DNA of 63,943 nucleotides, counting the filler, from Octopus bimaculoides (taxonomy: Eukaryota): NCBI RefSeq assembly GCF_001194135.2. It is 7 parts of 7 records of this genome, joined end to end, with 100 filler letters (N's around TTAATTAATTAA, not from the genome) between each part and the next. Parts side by side here need not be neighbours in the genome. Positions count along the whole stretch, not along the records: positions 28,785 to 39,844 come from NC_068997.1; positions 39,945 to 52,992 come from NC_069005.1; 5 more parts are not named here. One strand, 5' to 3'. The notes below the pieces were generated by a model. That model worked only from the letters and a program-made list of their open reading frames with translations, was not told the DNA's origin and ran no database searches. The position numbers and the translations under genes were made by a program. Shown here piece after piece: positions 36,286-50,328 of the stretch; the first letter of the stretch is position 1, and each line of letters opens with the position of its first letter.

Positions 36286-37814
36286 CATATATACATATAT
36301 ATATAGACATATGAACACAAATTGTGGCTTCTCAAGGAGCTTACCTCCGTGTTTATGACAGTATGCGTTTGTTCATTTATGAGTGCATATGCGTGTATTT
36401 ATGTGGATGTGTGTGTATATGTATTATGTACGCATTCATATGCATGCATATGTGTCTATGCATATATGCTTGCATGTAGATGTATATATACATTGTATGT
36501 ATATGTGTATATGTTTATAAGCCTAGCTTGTCTATTTTTGCATCATATATGTGTATATATGTGTATATATGTGTATATGTGTGCATGAGTCAAATATATG
36601 CATGTGAGAGTGTATGCGTGCATATATGTATATACATGCATCTATGTGTATGTGCTTGTATGTGCAAATATGCAAATTATGCATGTGTTTGAATACACAG
36701 GAGTGTGTGTGTGTATATATACTTGTACACATGTGTGTGTTTGTTCACGTTGTTCAGTACGATATTTCGCTTGTAATAAAAACATGAGATTTCATCTTGA
36801 TTTATGAATCATAAATCATAAATCAATAGTAGTAACCAAGTCTTATCAGGTTACAACCCAGGTCTTAATGAAGAAGGAGGGAGGGAGAGAGAGTGATAGA
36901 GAGAGAAAGAGAGAGGCTGAAGAGGATGTGATAAAGGAAGGATTCCATGTGATATCAATCATAGAATGATACCGAAACAAAATGCACAACAGAAGTTTAT
37001 GCCATATAAGAATTGTCTGTTTGCATGCTAGCTTGTTTATATACTTGCTTTAATTGTTTGCATGCTTACTTGGTTGCTTGCCCTCTTGCTTATATGCTTG
37101 CATGTTTACATAAATACATGCTTCAATGCTTTCTTGCATATTTGCTCTTTTGGTTTGCATGCTTATTTGCTTACATGATTGTTTGTTTACTTGGACCCTT
37201 CACTTCCAAATTAGTTATAAGGGACTCGTTGTGAGATACAGCTCTCTAGCCTAATCTCTCTATCATGGTTGTGCTCCGAAACTCGGGTCCAAAACTCGGG
37301 TCCGAGGTCGACTTCGCCTTTCATCCTTTCGGAGCCGATATAATAAGTACAAATTAATCTAATAGACTTTTCCCTTCCCCGAAATTGCTGGCCTTGTGTC
37401 CAAATTTGAAACCAAAATATATATTGTTTGTGTGTTGAACGTTTTAGCATTTTTGGTGTCACTAATGCAGATTACAAGTCAGTTGTCAACAAATGGCGCA
37501 AGCATGGAATAAGCGCAGGCGTGGCTGTGTGGTAAGAAGCTTGCTTACCAGCCACATGGTCCCGGGTTCAGTCCCACTAACGGCACTTTGGGTAAATGTC
37601 TTCTACTGGTTTTATTTTTCGTGTATTAACACGTTCGTTATTCTCTGTTATCTGGTCCGCCGTAAAAAGGTTTGGTGCCCCCTGGTCTGGTCGATCACGT
37701 GATACAAACGTCTGTCCACTCACTTGTGTGTGTGTGTGTATATATGTATATATTCACTCACTCACACACACAGACACACACACAGACACAAACGTAGTAT
37801 CATTAAAATGTCCT

Positions 37815-38024
37815 AATACTCTTTTACTCTTTAACTTGTTTCAGTCATTTGACTGCGGCCATGCTGGAGCACCGCCTTCAGTCGAGCAAATCAACCCCGG
37901 AACTTATTCTTTGTAAGCCCAGTACTTATTCTATCGGTTTCTTTTGCCGAACCGCTAAGTGACGGGGACATAAACACACCAGCATCGGTTGTCAAGCAAT
38001 GCTAGGGGCACAAACACAGACACA

Positions 38025-38068
<44 letters not shown>

Positions 38069-38235
38069 CATATATACGACGGGCTTCTTTCAGTTTCCGT
38101 CTACCAAATCCACTCACAAGGCTTTGGTCGGCCCGAGGCTATAGTAGAAGACACTTGCCTAAGATGCCACGCAGTGGGACTGAACCCGAAACCATGTGGT
38201 TGGTAAGCAAGCCACTCACCACAAACTCACTCCTG
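37815..38235 (-). mobile_element. Full-length CORE-type SINE
   Basis: Highly similar to 24882-25300. Confidence 0.92.
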
Positions 38236-38999
38236 CTAATTTAAAATTATAAATTAAAAATTCCCACAGATTTACTTCTTTGAATTTGATAAAATTAAAT
38301 CTGTAAACAAAATTAAGAAACATGATGCAACTTTTTTACCGGCAGAACCATTTTTTTTCTTTGATATATCCTAATTGTTTATTAATACTTTCAAAAACTT
38401 CAAAATCATTTCAATTTTATTTTATTGCAAGATATAAGGACTACTGTTTAGTGTTTCTTTAATTAAAAATTTCTGTGAACGCGTTGTTGGTTCTTATCAT
38501 GAATGCCATTCTAGTTTGGAGCGAAAAATCAGCTGCCGCGATGTATCAGAAGAATTTTGGAATCGCATCACGGCTTGTTTAATTAATAATGGTAAGTAAG
38601 GCTGGAAAAGGAAATCAACCATCTTAAAAATATCTTGAAGATATAATTTTAATTAATGAAATGTAATAAATTATTTTGCTGATCCCTTTTGTATATTTAT
38701 TCAACCAACTATGGAACCAACTATGTTGTATAAACTCAAAATCGTTGCAAGAATTTTATAATAAACTACGTTCATAAATACTTGTATTTTCCTATTCGTA
38801 TCCATTCATCTGTGTTCTCTCTCTCCTCTCTCACCTCCTCTCTCTCTTTCATCCTATTTATCTACCTACCTATCGTTCTGTCTGCTTATTCCTCTTTCTC
38901 ACACTCTCCACGCTTTTCTCTTCAAGCGAAGGACTAACGTGCTAAACGTTTACTTACGTTATCTAAACTCAGATACACACACAAACATATACATATACA

Positions 39000-39344
39000 T
39001 ACAGCAGGCTTCATTCAGTTTCCGTATACCAAATCCACACAGAAGGCTTTTGTCGGCCTGAGGCTATAGTTGAAGACACTCTCCCAAGGCACGACGTAAT
39101 GGGACTGAAACCGGAACCATGTAGTTGGGAAGCTAGCTTCTCACCACACTGCCATGTCTGCACCTATATTCAAACCTATATTTCCTCTTTTCTCCCTACC
39201 TTTTTTCTTTCTCTCTCCTCATCTCCCTTTTCTGTAAAAGTGCATAGGTTCGAAACGTTAAAGACTTCTTTCATTTTTTCCCAAGCATCAAACTTTTACC
39301 TCGTCTTTGTGCGTTTTTATATCTTCATTTTTACATCATATATA

Positions 39345-39379
<35 letters not shown>

Positions 39380-39580
39380 CTGTCTGTCTGTCTGTGTCCA
39401 CTACTGCTTGACAACCGGTGTTGGTATGTTTACGTGCCCGTAACTAAGCGGTTCAGCAAAAGTACCCGATAGAATAAGTACCAGGCTTTAAAATAAAACG
39501 TACAGTTGTCAATTCGCTCGAGTATAATTCTTCAAGGCGGTGCCCCAGCATGGCCGCAGTCTAATGATTGAAACAAATAA
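39000..39580. mobile_element. CORE-type SINE pieces (minus head at about 39000-39135, plus tail at about 39390-39580)
   Basis: Same diagnostic motifs as the full-length copies. Confidence 0.7.
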
Positions 39581-39694
39581 GAAGGTGTATATATGTGTGC
39601 GTGTGTGTGTACACATGTACACATATATACATATATATATATATATAATTATGTATGTACACACATATAACTACATAAGTATATAAATTTGTGC

Positions 39695-39786
<92 letters not shown>

Positions 39787-39844
39787 ATTTATACATATAT
39801 GTGTGTGTATACATGCATATTTAAGTATATGTGTTCACACACAC

Positions 39845-39944
39845 NNNNNNNNNNNNNNNNNNNNNNNNNNNNNNNNNNNNNNNNNNNNTTAATTAATTAA
39901 NNNNNNNNNNNNNNNNNNNNNNNNNNNNNNNNNNNNNNNNNNNN
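39845..39944. other. Artificial scaffold linker
   Basis: TTAATTAATTAA at 39889-39900. Confidence 0.95.
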
Positions 39945-40151
39945 ATATATACATTAAATATAGATAAATATATATATATATATATATAATGGAGAAATTG
40001 TACAAAATGTATAAATGGCTGATGAGTAAAGCATCGGCACAGTTTCGATTACCTGTTCTTATCCGTAGATTAATCGCAGGGACTTCGTAGTGGCGTAGTG
40101 GTGGTTGGTGTAACGTTATTAATAAAATAGGGGATAGAATGTGTAATAGAC

Positions 40152-40210
40152 TTTATTGGGTACAAAACATGTTTCGACCCGTTCTGGGTCTCTTCAGCTA
40201 CGTCAATAAA
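40152..40210 (-). ncRNA. Type-I hammerhead ribozyme with intact core
   Basis: CTGAAGA-GACCC-agaac-GGGTC-GAAA, palindromic ACATGT, U17 (GUU site); stem I of 4 bp, an internal loop, then TTTATTG/CAATAAA. Confidence 0.8.
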
Positions 40211-41201
40211 TAATCTCAGTTGATATTTCTTGAGTCGGCTCACGTACCGCTATGTGCATGTGTGTATGCGTCCGTGCGTGTACTTATACGCATACTGATA
40301 GACAGTTAAATAGATAGATAGATGAATACAAAAAGATGAGTAAAAATGGGACGGGCACCGACGCCCGCCGACTGATAACCCCTCAAAAACCTTGTTCAAT
40401 ACAAATCATCATTACAACAACAAAATCGAATCAAATTCCATAGCCCTCTACATCCGGGACCCCAAGCAAGATTCCTGCTGACTGCAGGAAAGCCCGCATT
40501 AGCTGGCCCGACTTAATGGAGATGAAGTCCTTCTTGTCACAAATCCTTTCAATTTTATTTCCCTCGCGGACATTTATGACCTCCGCACACACCTGCGGAG
40601 GCCAACTTAGATGGTCTATAGCGGTCGAATCGTAACGTTGTCGATCCAAACACGTATCCAAATAAAGCTCAACGGGCCCTCCCTTGAGGTAACAGAGGAT
40701 AATCTCTGCTTCCTCGTCACCGTGCATGCATATATATGTAAATACATATATATACATGTATGCATAAATAAATAAATAAATAAATATATATATATATATA
40801 TATATANNNNNNNNNNNNNNNNNNNNNNNNNNNNNNNNNNNNNNNNNNNNNNNNNNNNNNNNNNNNNNNNNNNNNNNNNNNNNNNNNNNNNNNNNNNNNN
40901 NNNNNNNNNNNNNNNNNNNNNNNNNNNNNNNNNNNNNNNNNNNNNNNNNNNNNNNNNNNNNNNNNNNNNNNNNNNNNNNNNNNNNNNNNNNNNNNNNNNN
41001 NNNNNNNNNNNNNNNNNNNNNNNNNNNNNNNNNNNNNNNNNNNNNNNNNNNNNNNNNNNNNNNNNNNNNNNNNNNNNNNNNNNNNNNNNNNNNNNNNNNN
41101 NNNNNNNNNNNNNNNNNNNNNNNNNNNNNNNNNNNNNNNNNNNNNNNNNNNNNNNNNNNNNNNNNNNNNNNNNNNNNNNNNNNNNNNNNNNNNNNNNNNN
41201 N

Positions 41202-41257
<56 letters not shown>

Positions 41258-42110
41258 AAACACACACACTTACAAATCTCCGATAAATTGTCAAGAACTA
41301 ATAAACAAATCGAAAACGAAAGACGAAAGAAAAAACAAAAATCGTCAGAAAAACGAGAGCAAGATGTCTGCTCAATTGTTTAGCTTAAACAATTGAATGT
41401 GCTAGAGGTCGTAGCTCTGTTCTCTCTCTATAAGACATTGTAGCTATTGTTGATGATTACAGGCAGGTGGCAGACAGGTATACAATATGTGTATTCACCG
41501 TGAAATTAATGAGTCGGCTTAATTTCCCCTTGTTCACCTGGTATTGTATTGTTTCGTTAACATTTCTTACAGCCTCAAGTCTCAAGAACATAGCTACGAT
41601 ATGTCGATCGCGAAAACGAAAGAAGTAGAAAAAAAAAGAAAGAGAAAATTAATGAACAGAAAAGAAGCGATGAATGGAAGACTAGAAGAATGGAATCTCA
41701 GAGAATATTCTTTGAAGGAGAAGGAATGGTAATGCATTATGTATATATCTATGTATCTATGTATCTATGTAAGTATATTTGTTTGCATGTATATGTATGT
41801 GTATGTATATATATATACAAATATATATGTATACATATATATATACACACATATATATACATATATATACATATATATATATGTACATATATATATATAT
41901 ATATATACACGCATATACACACACCTATATATATATGTGTGTGTGTGTGTTTGCATATATGTATGAGTGTGTGTGTATGTGTGTACATGTATTCACGCAT
42001 AAAAACGCAAACATATGTACACATATACATACAGTCATACGCATAATACATTTGTACATACATACATACATAATTTCATACCTACATACATTCAAGAATG
42101 CATGCATATA

Positions 42111-42146
<36 letters not shown>

Positions 42147-43003
42147 TGTATGTATGTATGTATGTATGCATATGTTTATAGTATATTTTATACAGTGAGA
42201 CCTAGGACTGCTAATGTTCAGTTCAGAGCTTGACGTAGATTACCATCATCCAGATTGCTTCCAGTAAAGTGGGGTGGTCACTATTCCCCGCTGTAGTATT
42301 CCTGTTTAGGATGTACGGCGCAAATATTACGAGAATTTCTGAAAAACACAAATTTATGACATTTTTCCCCGACGTATGTTTCGTCGTTATGTTTCTTGGC
42401 TTATTCTTTGTAAGCCTAGTACTCATTCTATCGGTCTTTTTTGCCGAACCGCTTAATTACGGGGACGTAAACACACCACCATTCAACGGAAGTCCTTCAG
42501 CGACACCATTTTCCCAAATGAATAAAATTAAACTGAATATTAGGTATGTATGAAATTTTGAATTTCTGTCGGGTGACTTTTGGCCAACCATGTATATAGA
42601 TATGCACGTATGCATACATAGAGCGAGCTTCCACACTATTTCTGTGTGCCCAATGACTCTTCGCTCAGAAGACCGCGTAGGTGAGCTCAGCAAACCAATT
42701 TGCTTAGAGCGGAAGAACCTGTAGTCAAAGAATTCAGAAGAGTTGAAAACAACAAACAGAACCGTTGAGTATAACCAAAATACAAGAACTTTAATTAAGA
42801 GGCGATTAAATATTTATGGAATAAATAAACAGTTCTTTGGAGAGATTTTAGAGAGTTCTTTCATTTACCCCTGAAATGTGGAGAATAACGGTTTCACATT
42901 TATAATCAAGTGAGCTATGATATACACGACGTCAACAGGCGTAAAGAAAAACACAGACACACTCACATAGATGTGTTTAAGGGTGGGGTAAACATATATA
43001 TAC

Positions 43004-43055
<52 letters not shown>

Positions 43056-43944
43056 ATGTATATAAGTATGTATATAGAATAATGGTTTCATATTTTTTTT
43101 TATATAATTAAGATCTAAACTGTTAATATATGAATGCGAAAGAGATAGTTGAAGTAAACCTACTTTTGGGCCACTCTGTATACATATATATATTTACATA
43201 CATATATATATACTTATATATATATATATGCATGCATATATACACACACACAAATATACATACATATATATATATATACTTGGAAATGGATGCGTAGCGT
43301 TCAATCATATAATAATATAAATATACTTTATTGTTAAAGCTGTAAAAACATCACAAAAATATCACAAAACGATATATAGGAGGGTGGTGTTCGCATATAT
43401 TACTGAGAACCAGTGGTAATTGTTTTACTGCTATTAGACCAGTGGTAAATCTTGAATGACTTCATTTATGGACACAGGCAGACGTCGCTTCATGTTGCTA
43501 GTTTATAACACACAAATACACACACACATTACACACACATATCCATACATAAATACATATATATATATATTTACCCACCCTTAAACACATCTGTGTGTGT
43601 GTCTGTGTTTTTCTATACGCCTGTTGGCGTCGTATATATCATAATTCACTTGATTATAAATAGATATCAGTGACAAACGATAACTGAATCACTTATGTTA
43701 CCGAGCAACCCGTCGACAAATCCGTCTAACTTTGTACTGCCCTCTCACCATCACTGCTTTGATCAAGTCACGTCCTTGACCAACACACATAAGTCTTAGG
43801 CTCGTCATATCCATGACCCAGATTTTTTATTGGTTAGATATCGGCTCTTTAAATTCACATTAAGACTGATATATCCGAACGGTTAAGTAAGGTGAACTAC
43901 CTTTTAATCTCCATTCTTAAATATTTTGCTATGTATACGTGGAG

Positions 43945-44165
43945 CTGGCAGAGGCGTAACCACGCCGGAGAACGTTCTTTGCGACATTTCTATCTTTTTG
44001 TTACGCTCTGCGTTCAAATTCCGCCGAGGTCGACTTTGCCTTTCATCATTTTGGGTTGGTTAAATTAAATACCAGTGAAACACTGGGGTCGATGTAATCG
44101 AGTATTCTCCTCCCCACAAATTTTAGGCCTTGTGTCTTTAGTAGAAAGGATTATTATTATTATTA
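43945..44165 (+). mobile_element. Meta-type SINE with ..GTAGAAAGGATTATTATT tail
   Basis: GAGCTGGCAGA..GTTCAAATTCCGCCGAGGTCGACTTTGCCTTTCATC. Confidence 0.85.
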
Positions 44166-44592
44166 TCACTATCCTTATTTTCATTAGCATCGTCTTTCAA
44201 TTTTGTTGCCATTTCTTGCTGTGTGTCTTTCTGACACCCAGAGCAGAGAAACGTACTGTATACATTGGTAGGCCATTAAAATAAGCACACCAGAGTGTTC
44301 CTTTAGAAAGTCATATTTACCGTCCAGTAAACTTGCGGTTCGGCAAAAGGCACCGATAGAATAAGTAATGGGACAGATTTGCTCGAGTAAAGGCGTTGCT
44401 CCAGCATGGCCGCATTCAAATGACTTAAACAAGTAAAAGAATAAAAGAATAAAAACATATATATACATATATATATATACCAAAGAATATACATAGATAC
44501 ACCTACGCAAAGAATGTCCATATACACACACATCTATATATATATGTTCATATACATATACACACACACATATACATATGTGTGTGTGACTG

Positions 44593-44646
<54 letters not shown>

Positions 44647-46314
44647 TATATATATATATATATATAAATTTGTATGTAAACATGTATGCATGCAAAAATA
44701 TTGCGTGTCTATGTGTATTTATAGATAAATATGTGAGTCTGTGTGCGTGTGTGTGTATGAATATATGTATATATAGATGTGTGTGTATATGGGTGTTCTT
44801 TGTGTAAGTGTATCTATGCATATTCTCACATATTCGAATGGACAACTCTTTGTACTTCTTAATTAAACACGCGGTAATAGAGACGTATATTTTAGATTAA
44901 AGAAACATGGTTTATTATTGTACACAGCTTGAACGAAAATCACCTCTGCACGTATTAATGGGAAGAAGACGGCAGCAGTTAACTAAGCACTGTCTCATCA
45001 TTCCAGTTGCTCACAAACCGACCAACCAACCAACCAACCAAACAACTGTGGCATGGAAGACCGCACTGCAAACGTCCATAAAAGACAAATAAGAAGATAA
45101 TAAAAATAATTTTTAAAAAACGCCGAGAATTTGATATAACACAAAATGTGATATGAACGCCTTCACTAACGAGCACGACTCACGTGTGAATTTGCTCTAA
45201 AGAGAATAGACGAATATATGCATATATATATACACATACATACATATAAATATATAAATATATATATACATATATATGCATATGTAAATATATTTATATA
45301 TTCATATATATATATAGATGGGCAGATAAATAGATACATCAAGATATATATGTATTTATATGTTTATATATATATATGTGTGTGTGCGTGTGAATGTATG
45401 TATATATGTATATATGTATGTATGCATATATATAGGCATACTATACATCATTTGTCTGCATGTTTGTTGTATATGTCCCATTGTCATAGATTATTAGTTC
45501 ATTGATATGGAGTTTGATTTTGATTTTCGCTTTTGTTGAGATAGTATAGTAATTCTTTTTCATATGTGCACAGCGTATACGTCCATAAACATATATATTA
45601 ATTTCTATACATATAAACACACAGACATATATATATATATANNNNNNNNNNNNNNNNNNNNNNNNNNNNNNNNNNNNNNNNNNNNNNNNNNNNNNNNNNN
45701 NNNNNNNNNNNNNNNNNNNNNNNNNNNNNNNNNNNNNNNNNNNNNNNNNNNNNNNNNNNNNNNNNNNNNNNNNNNNNNNNNNNNNNNNNNNNNNNNNNNN
45801 NNNNNNNNNNNNNNNNNNNNNNNNNNNNNNNNNNNNNNNNNNNNNNNNNNNNNNNNNNNNNNNNNNNNNNNNNNNNNNNNNNNNNNNNNNNNNNNNNNNN
45901 NNNNNNNNNNNNNNNNNNNNNNNNNNNNNNNNNNNNNNNNNNNNNNNNNNNNNNNNNNNNNNNNNNNNNNNNNNNNNNNNNNNNNNNNNNNNNNNNNNNN
46001 NNNNNNNNNNNNNNNNNNNNNNNNNNNNNNNNNNNNNNNNNNNNNNNNNNNNNNNNNNNNNNNNNNNNNNNNNNNNNNNNNNNNNNNNNNNNNNNNNNNN
46101 NNNNNNNNNNNNNNNNNNNNNNNNNNNNNNNNNNNNNNNNNNNNNNNNNNNNNNNNNNNNNNNNNNNNNNNNNNNNNNNNNNNNNNNNNNNNNNNNNNNN
46201 NNNNNNNNNNNNNNNNNNNNNNNNNNNNNNNNNNNNNNNNNNNNNNNNNNNNNNNNNNNNNNNNNNNNNNNNNNNNNNNNNNNNNNNNNNNNNNNNNNNN
46301 NNNNNNNNNNNNNN

Positions 46315-46349
<35 letters not shown>

Positions 46350-46543
46350 GTATGTATACGTATGTATATATATGTATTATGTATGTGCATAAATACGCAA
46401 AGTGGCATAGCTATTAACATTATTATTTTGCAAAGGAAATGTATATTAATTTTCAGAAAAAAATATCGTATTTTTTATGTATCCTTTAGATTAAAGAAGA
46501 TTTTGTTTATTAATGTACACAGCTTGAAATATATATATACATA

Positions 46544-46582
<39 letters not shown>

Positions 46583-46731
46583 TGGATATACATGTATATC
46601 TCTATATCTATATGCATACATATATATGTAAATATATATTTATATGTATATATGTTTGTGTGTGTCAGTATACATGTATATATACATATATATGCATACA
46701 GATATAATATTATAAATTATGTTTATATACC

Positions 46732-46771
<40 letters not shown>

Positions 46772-47452
46772 TACACACACATATATTCATATATATGTGT
46801 CTGCACGTGTGTTCGTGTATGTGTGAAAATGTGCTTGTATACGTGTGTACACTATGCATTTCCTGAAGCATTAAGTTGATTGCCGCCATTTTGAAAAATG
46901 GCGTCCGTTTCTTATCATGAATGCTATCAGAGATTTATGACTAATCAATAATGGCTCACAGACTTCTATTTTTCTTGCTTCTGTTGTCCTTGTGACCATA
47001 TATCTGTGTGAACTCAAATTCAAGAGTTCTATATCCATTGTTCTTTATATCTTGTGGTGTTATGGTTGCGTTTTCTTTTTTTTTTTTTTTGATTCTCTGA
47101 TTTTTGTTTTTGTCGTGAATTTGTTATTTTGGTTGTTGTTGTTGTTGTTCTTATTTCGGCCGTTGTTGATGTCACTGAACACCAAGACGCTCTCCACGAT
47201 GCTGTGAACACGCTGTCTTTGTTTGATGATATAATATATTAAGGGCGACATTATCCTTGGTAAATATATTCTATTTTGTTTTAAATCGGTAGGAGAAATT
47301 GCTGAAGGAGATATTTTTTTCTTATCGATAGTCACACACAGACACACACACACACAAACACAAATACGCACACATGTACAAGCACATATATATATATATA
47401 CTTACTTAACCTACATACCTACATGCATGCATATGTATATATATATATGTAT

Positions 47453-47499
<47 letters not shown>

Positions 47500-48499
47500 T
47501 TATTTAGATTACTGATTACTGGGGTTTTTTCAGGCAGTCCGTGTTCGATCATAGGCATGCGGACGTTAATCTTAAATGCAGAGGTGACTGTTTGGCAAGA
47601 AGTTTACTTCTGCATCACAAGTTTCCGAACTCAGTCTCCCAGCGTGGCCCCTTGGGCAAGGAACTTCCAGTACATCCTCGACCCATCCAAAGATTTGTGA
47701 ATGGATTTCTTTCAGAGAAGCTGAAAGAAACCAGTCCTATATATATATATATATATTTACTTACGCACACTCTTCTGCGTATAGAATAAATATCAGGCAT
47801 TAAATATACGTACTGTGGTTGATTGATTCCGTTGCCTATGATTCTCCAAGATGGTACCCTAACATTGGCTGCTGTCCAGTGAATGAAACAATTAAAATCT
47901 ACATAGATGCATATATATATAATTGTACAGCTCCCTGTCACGGTAAACGAAAGAAGAACGAAAGTCAAAATTTACTTTGGTGAAATCTTAGCACAAATCT
48001 TTAGGAAATGTTACAAAATAATGTGAAATATTCTATTCGTTCTTCCTAATTTCTGTGTCTAATTTATCACCATCGTTTGTAAGATAAACAAAAGAAATGA
48101 GAAGAGACAATTTATCAAACTTGGATTAGCTAGAAATGGCAACCATATATTTCTGAAATCTAATTCAGCCGTTCGAAAATGGCAGAAGACATGACATAAC
48201 GATGTGCACCTAGATAAGTTAGCAATATTACTGATAATCTCCATGTTTTATTGTTTCTTCACGTTATAGATGTCAGGCTAACTTAAATAGAATTTATCAG
48301 TAATTAATTGAGAGTTCAACATTATCCTTGTTGATAACAAATTTCTTTGCAAATAAACTAATGAAAATTTTGTTTCATTTTAATTATATTTTAATTTGAT
48401 AAATACTTTTATTTCTAAAATTAATATTCTTTTCATTCTTTTCCATAACCACCGGGAAATTTTTAAAAGCAAACCACAAATAAAAAAATTGAAATATGA

Positions 48500-48880
48500 T
48501 TATTGTACCTTAACACAAGGCCAGGAATTTCTGATTAAGGCATAAATTGATATAACAACCCACTGTTTTACTGGTACTATTCTATCGACCCCGAAAGGAT
48601 AAAATGCGAAGTCGACCACGGCGAAATTTGAACTCAGAACATAAAGACGGACGAAATGCTGCTAACGATTCTGCCAGCTCGCTACCTATGTACCTAGTAA
48701 TATAGATATCAAAGTTTTGGCACAAGATCAGCTCCTTAGGGCTAGGTAGTAAGTCGATTACATCGCTCCCAGTACTCATTTGGTACTTATTTTATCGACC
48801 CCGAAAGTATGAATGGCAAACGCGACTTCGGCGGAATTTGAACTCACGACGTGGAGACGAACGAAATATCGCTAAACATT
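48500..48880 (-). mobile_element. Two tandem Meta-type SINE remnants
   Basis: ATCGACCCCGAAAG..GAACTCA occurs twice. Confidence 0.75.
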
Positions 48881-49872
48881 GTACCATTTCACCACTTTTG
48901 TACCTTGTAACATTATTTGACATCACCGGTAATGGCAAAAACAGGTTGCCACCCTAACCTACCATATGATAGGCAACACTCTTGTAGCTAACCGAAAGAC
49001 ACGCTAAAATACGATGGTAGTAGCTTCCCGTAGTCCGAGAAAGCCAGTTCTGTATTTCCTTGCTGATCAACCTGGTCGGAATTTTTCTAAAGAGAAGTTA
49101 ATCTGTAGAGAAACAAACAAAACTCCCAATAAAATTCTGATGTAATTTTCTCGGGCGAATAACTGAAGGGACAACGAGATTTGTGCAGTCATAGACAGTA
49201 GTAATATAAGATCGTTGCGGTTTGCTTGAAGCATTGTGATAGAGAATTAAAATAAAAATACATATAATGAAGATGGAGAGCTTCTTACAATGGCCAAGAG
49301 GGATTACTGTTCATGTGGCAATCAACATGAAATGAACTACGTAAATATATTTCTTTTGGCAGTTACTTAAAGAACAGAAATGAAAACTGACAAAACAAAT
49401 CAAAGTAAGGATTAAATGATGAACCGATGCAAACTGTGCTCCAGCGAAAAGGCAAACAGCAAATAAAATTCTCTTCACCCGGGAGACTTCTAAAATTACA
49501 AAGGTGAAATATTTGTCGGTGCCCCATGAGACAGAATTAGCATCGGAGACAAACAATTACTCGCTTCCTGATTAGTAACAGAGCTACAATCGGTCAAAGG
49601 GAGGTAACTCCAAGTAGCCCTACAAGGAATTTTCGCTTCGAGCAGTTTTATTTCAAGGTATTTTTCTTTTTCCCAACTTTGCTGAACAAGATAGTATTCT
49701 CTCGTCTATTCGCAAGGAGGCTATGTGCCTCCTGTCTGCTAATCACTTCAGTGGTATATATANNNNNNNNNNNNNNNNNNNNNNNNNNNNNNNNNNNNNN
49801 NNNNNNNNNNNNNNNNNNNNNNNNNNNNNNNNNNNNNNNNNNNNNNNNNNNNNNNATATATATATATATGTC

Positions 49873-49937
<65 letters not shown>

Positions 49938-50265
49938 AAGTATACAGCATACAAATTATATAAAAATATTCATAAAATTTACGTTATATTGTGAAATATA
50001 TTACCGAATACAAAAGTATAAATTCATATAAGTACAGATATATGTACATAATATACATCTTCAAGCGTGGGTGGTTGTATATAAATTTATATATTTTTAT
50101 ATATTTATATATATGTATATACATAGATATAAATATATGTGTGTGTGTTTATAAATGTATGTATATAAACACACAGGTATATTTATATTGAAATAAATAT
50201 ATATTTCTAAATAAATATATTTATTTATTTGTATATATATTTAGATATTTACATGTATATGTAGA

Positions 50266-50328
<63 letters not shown>

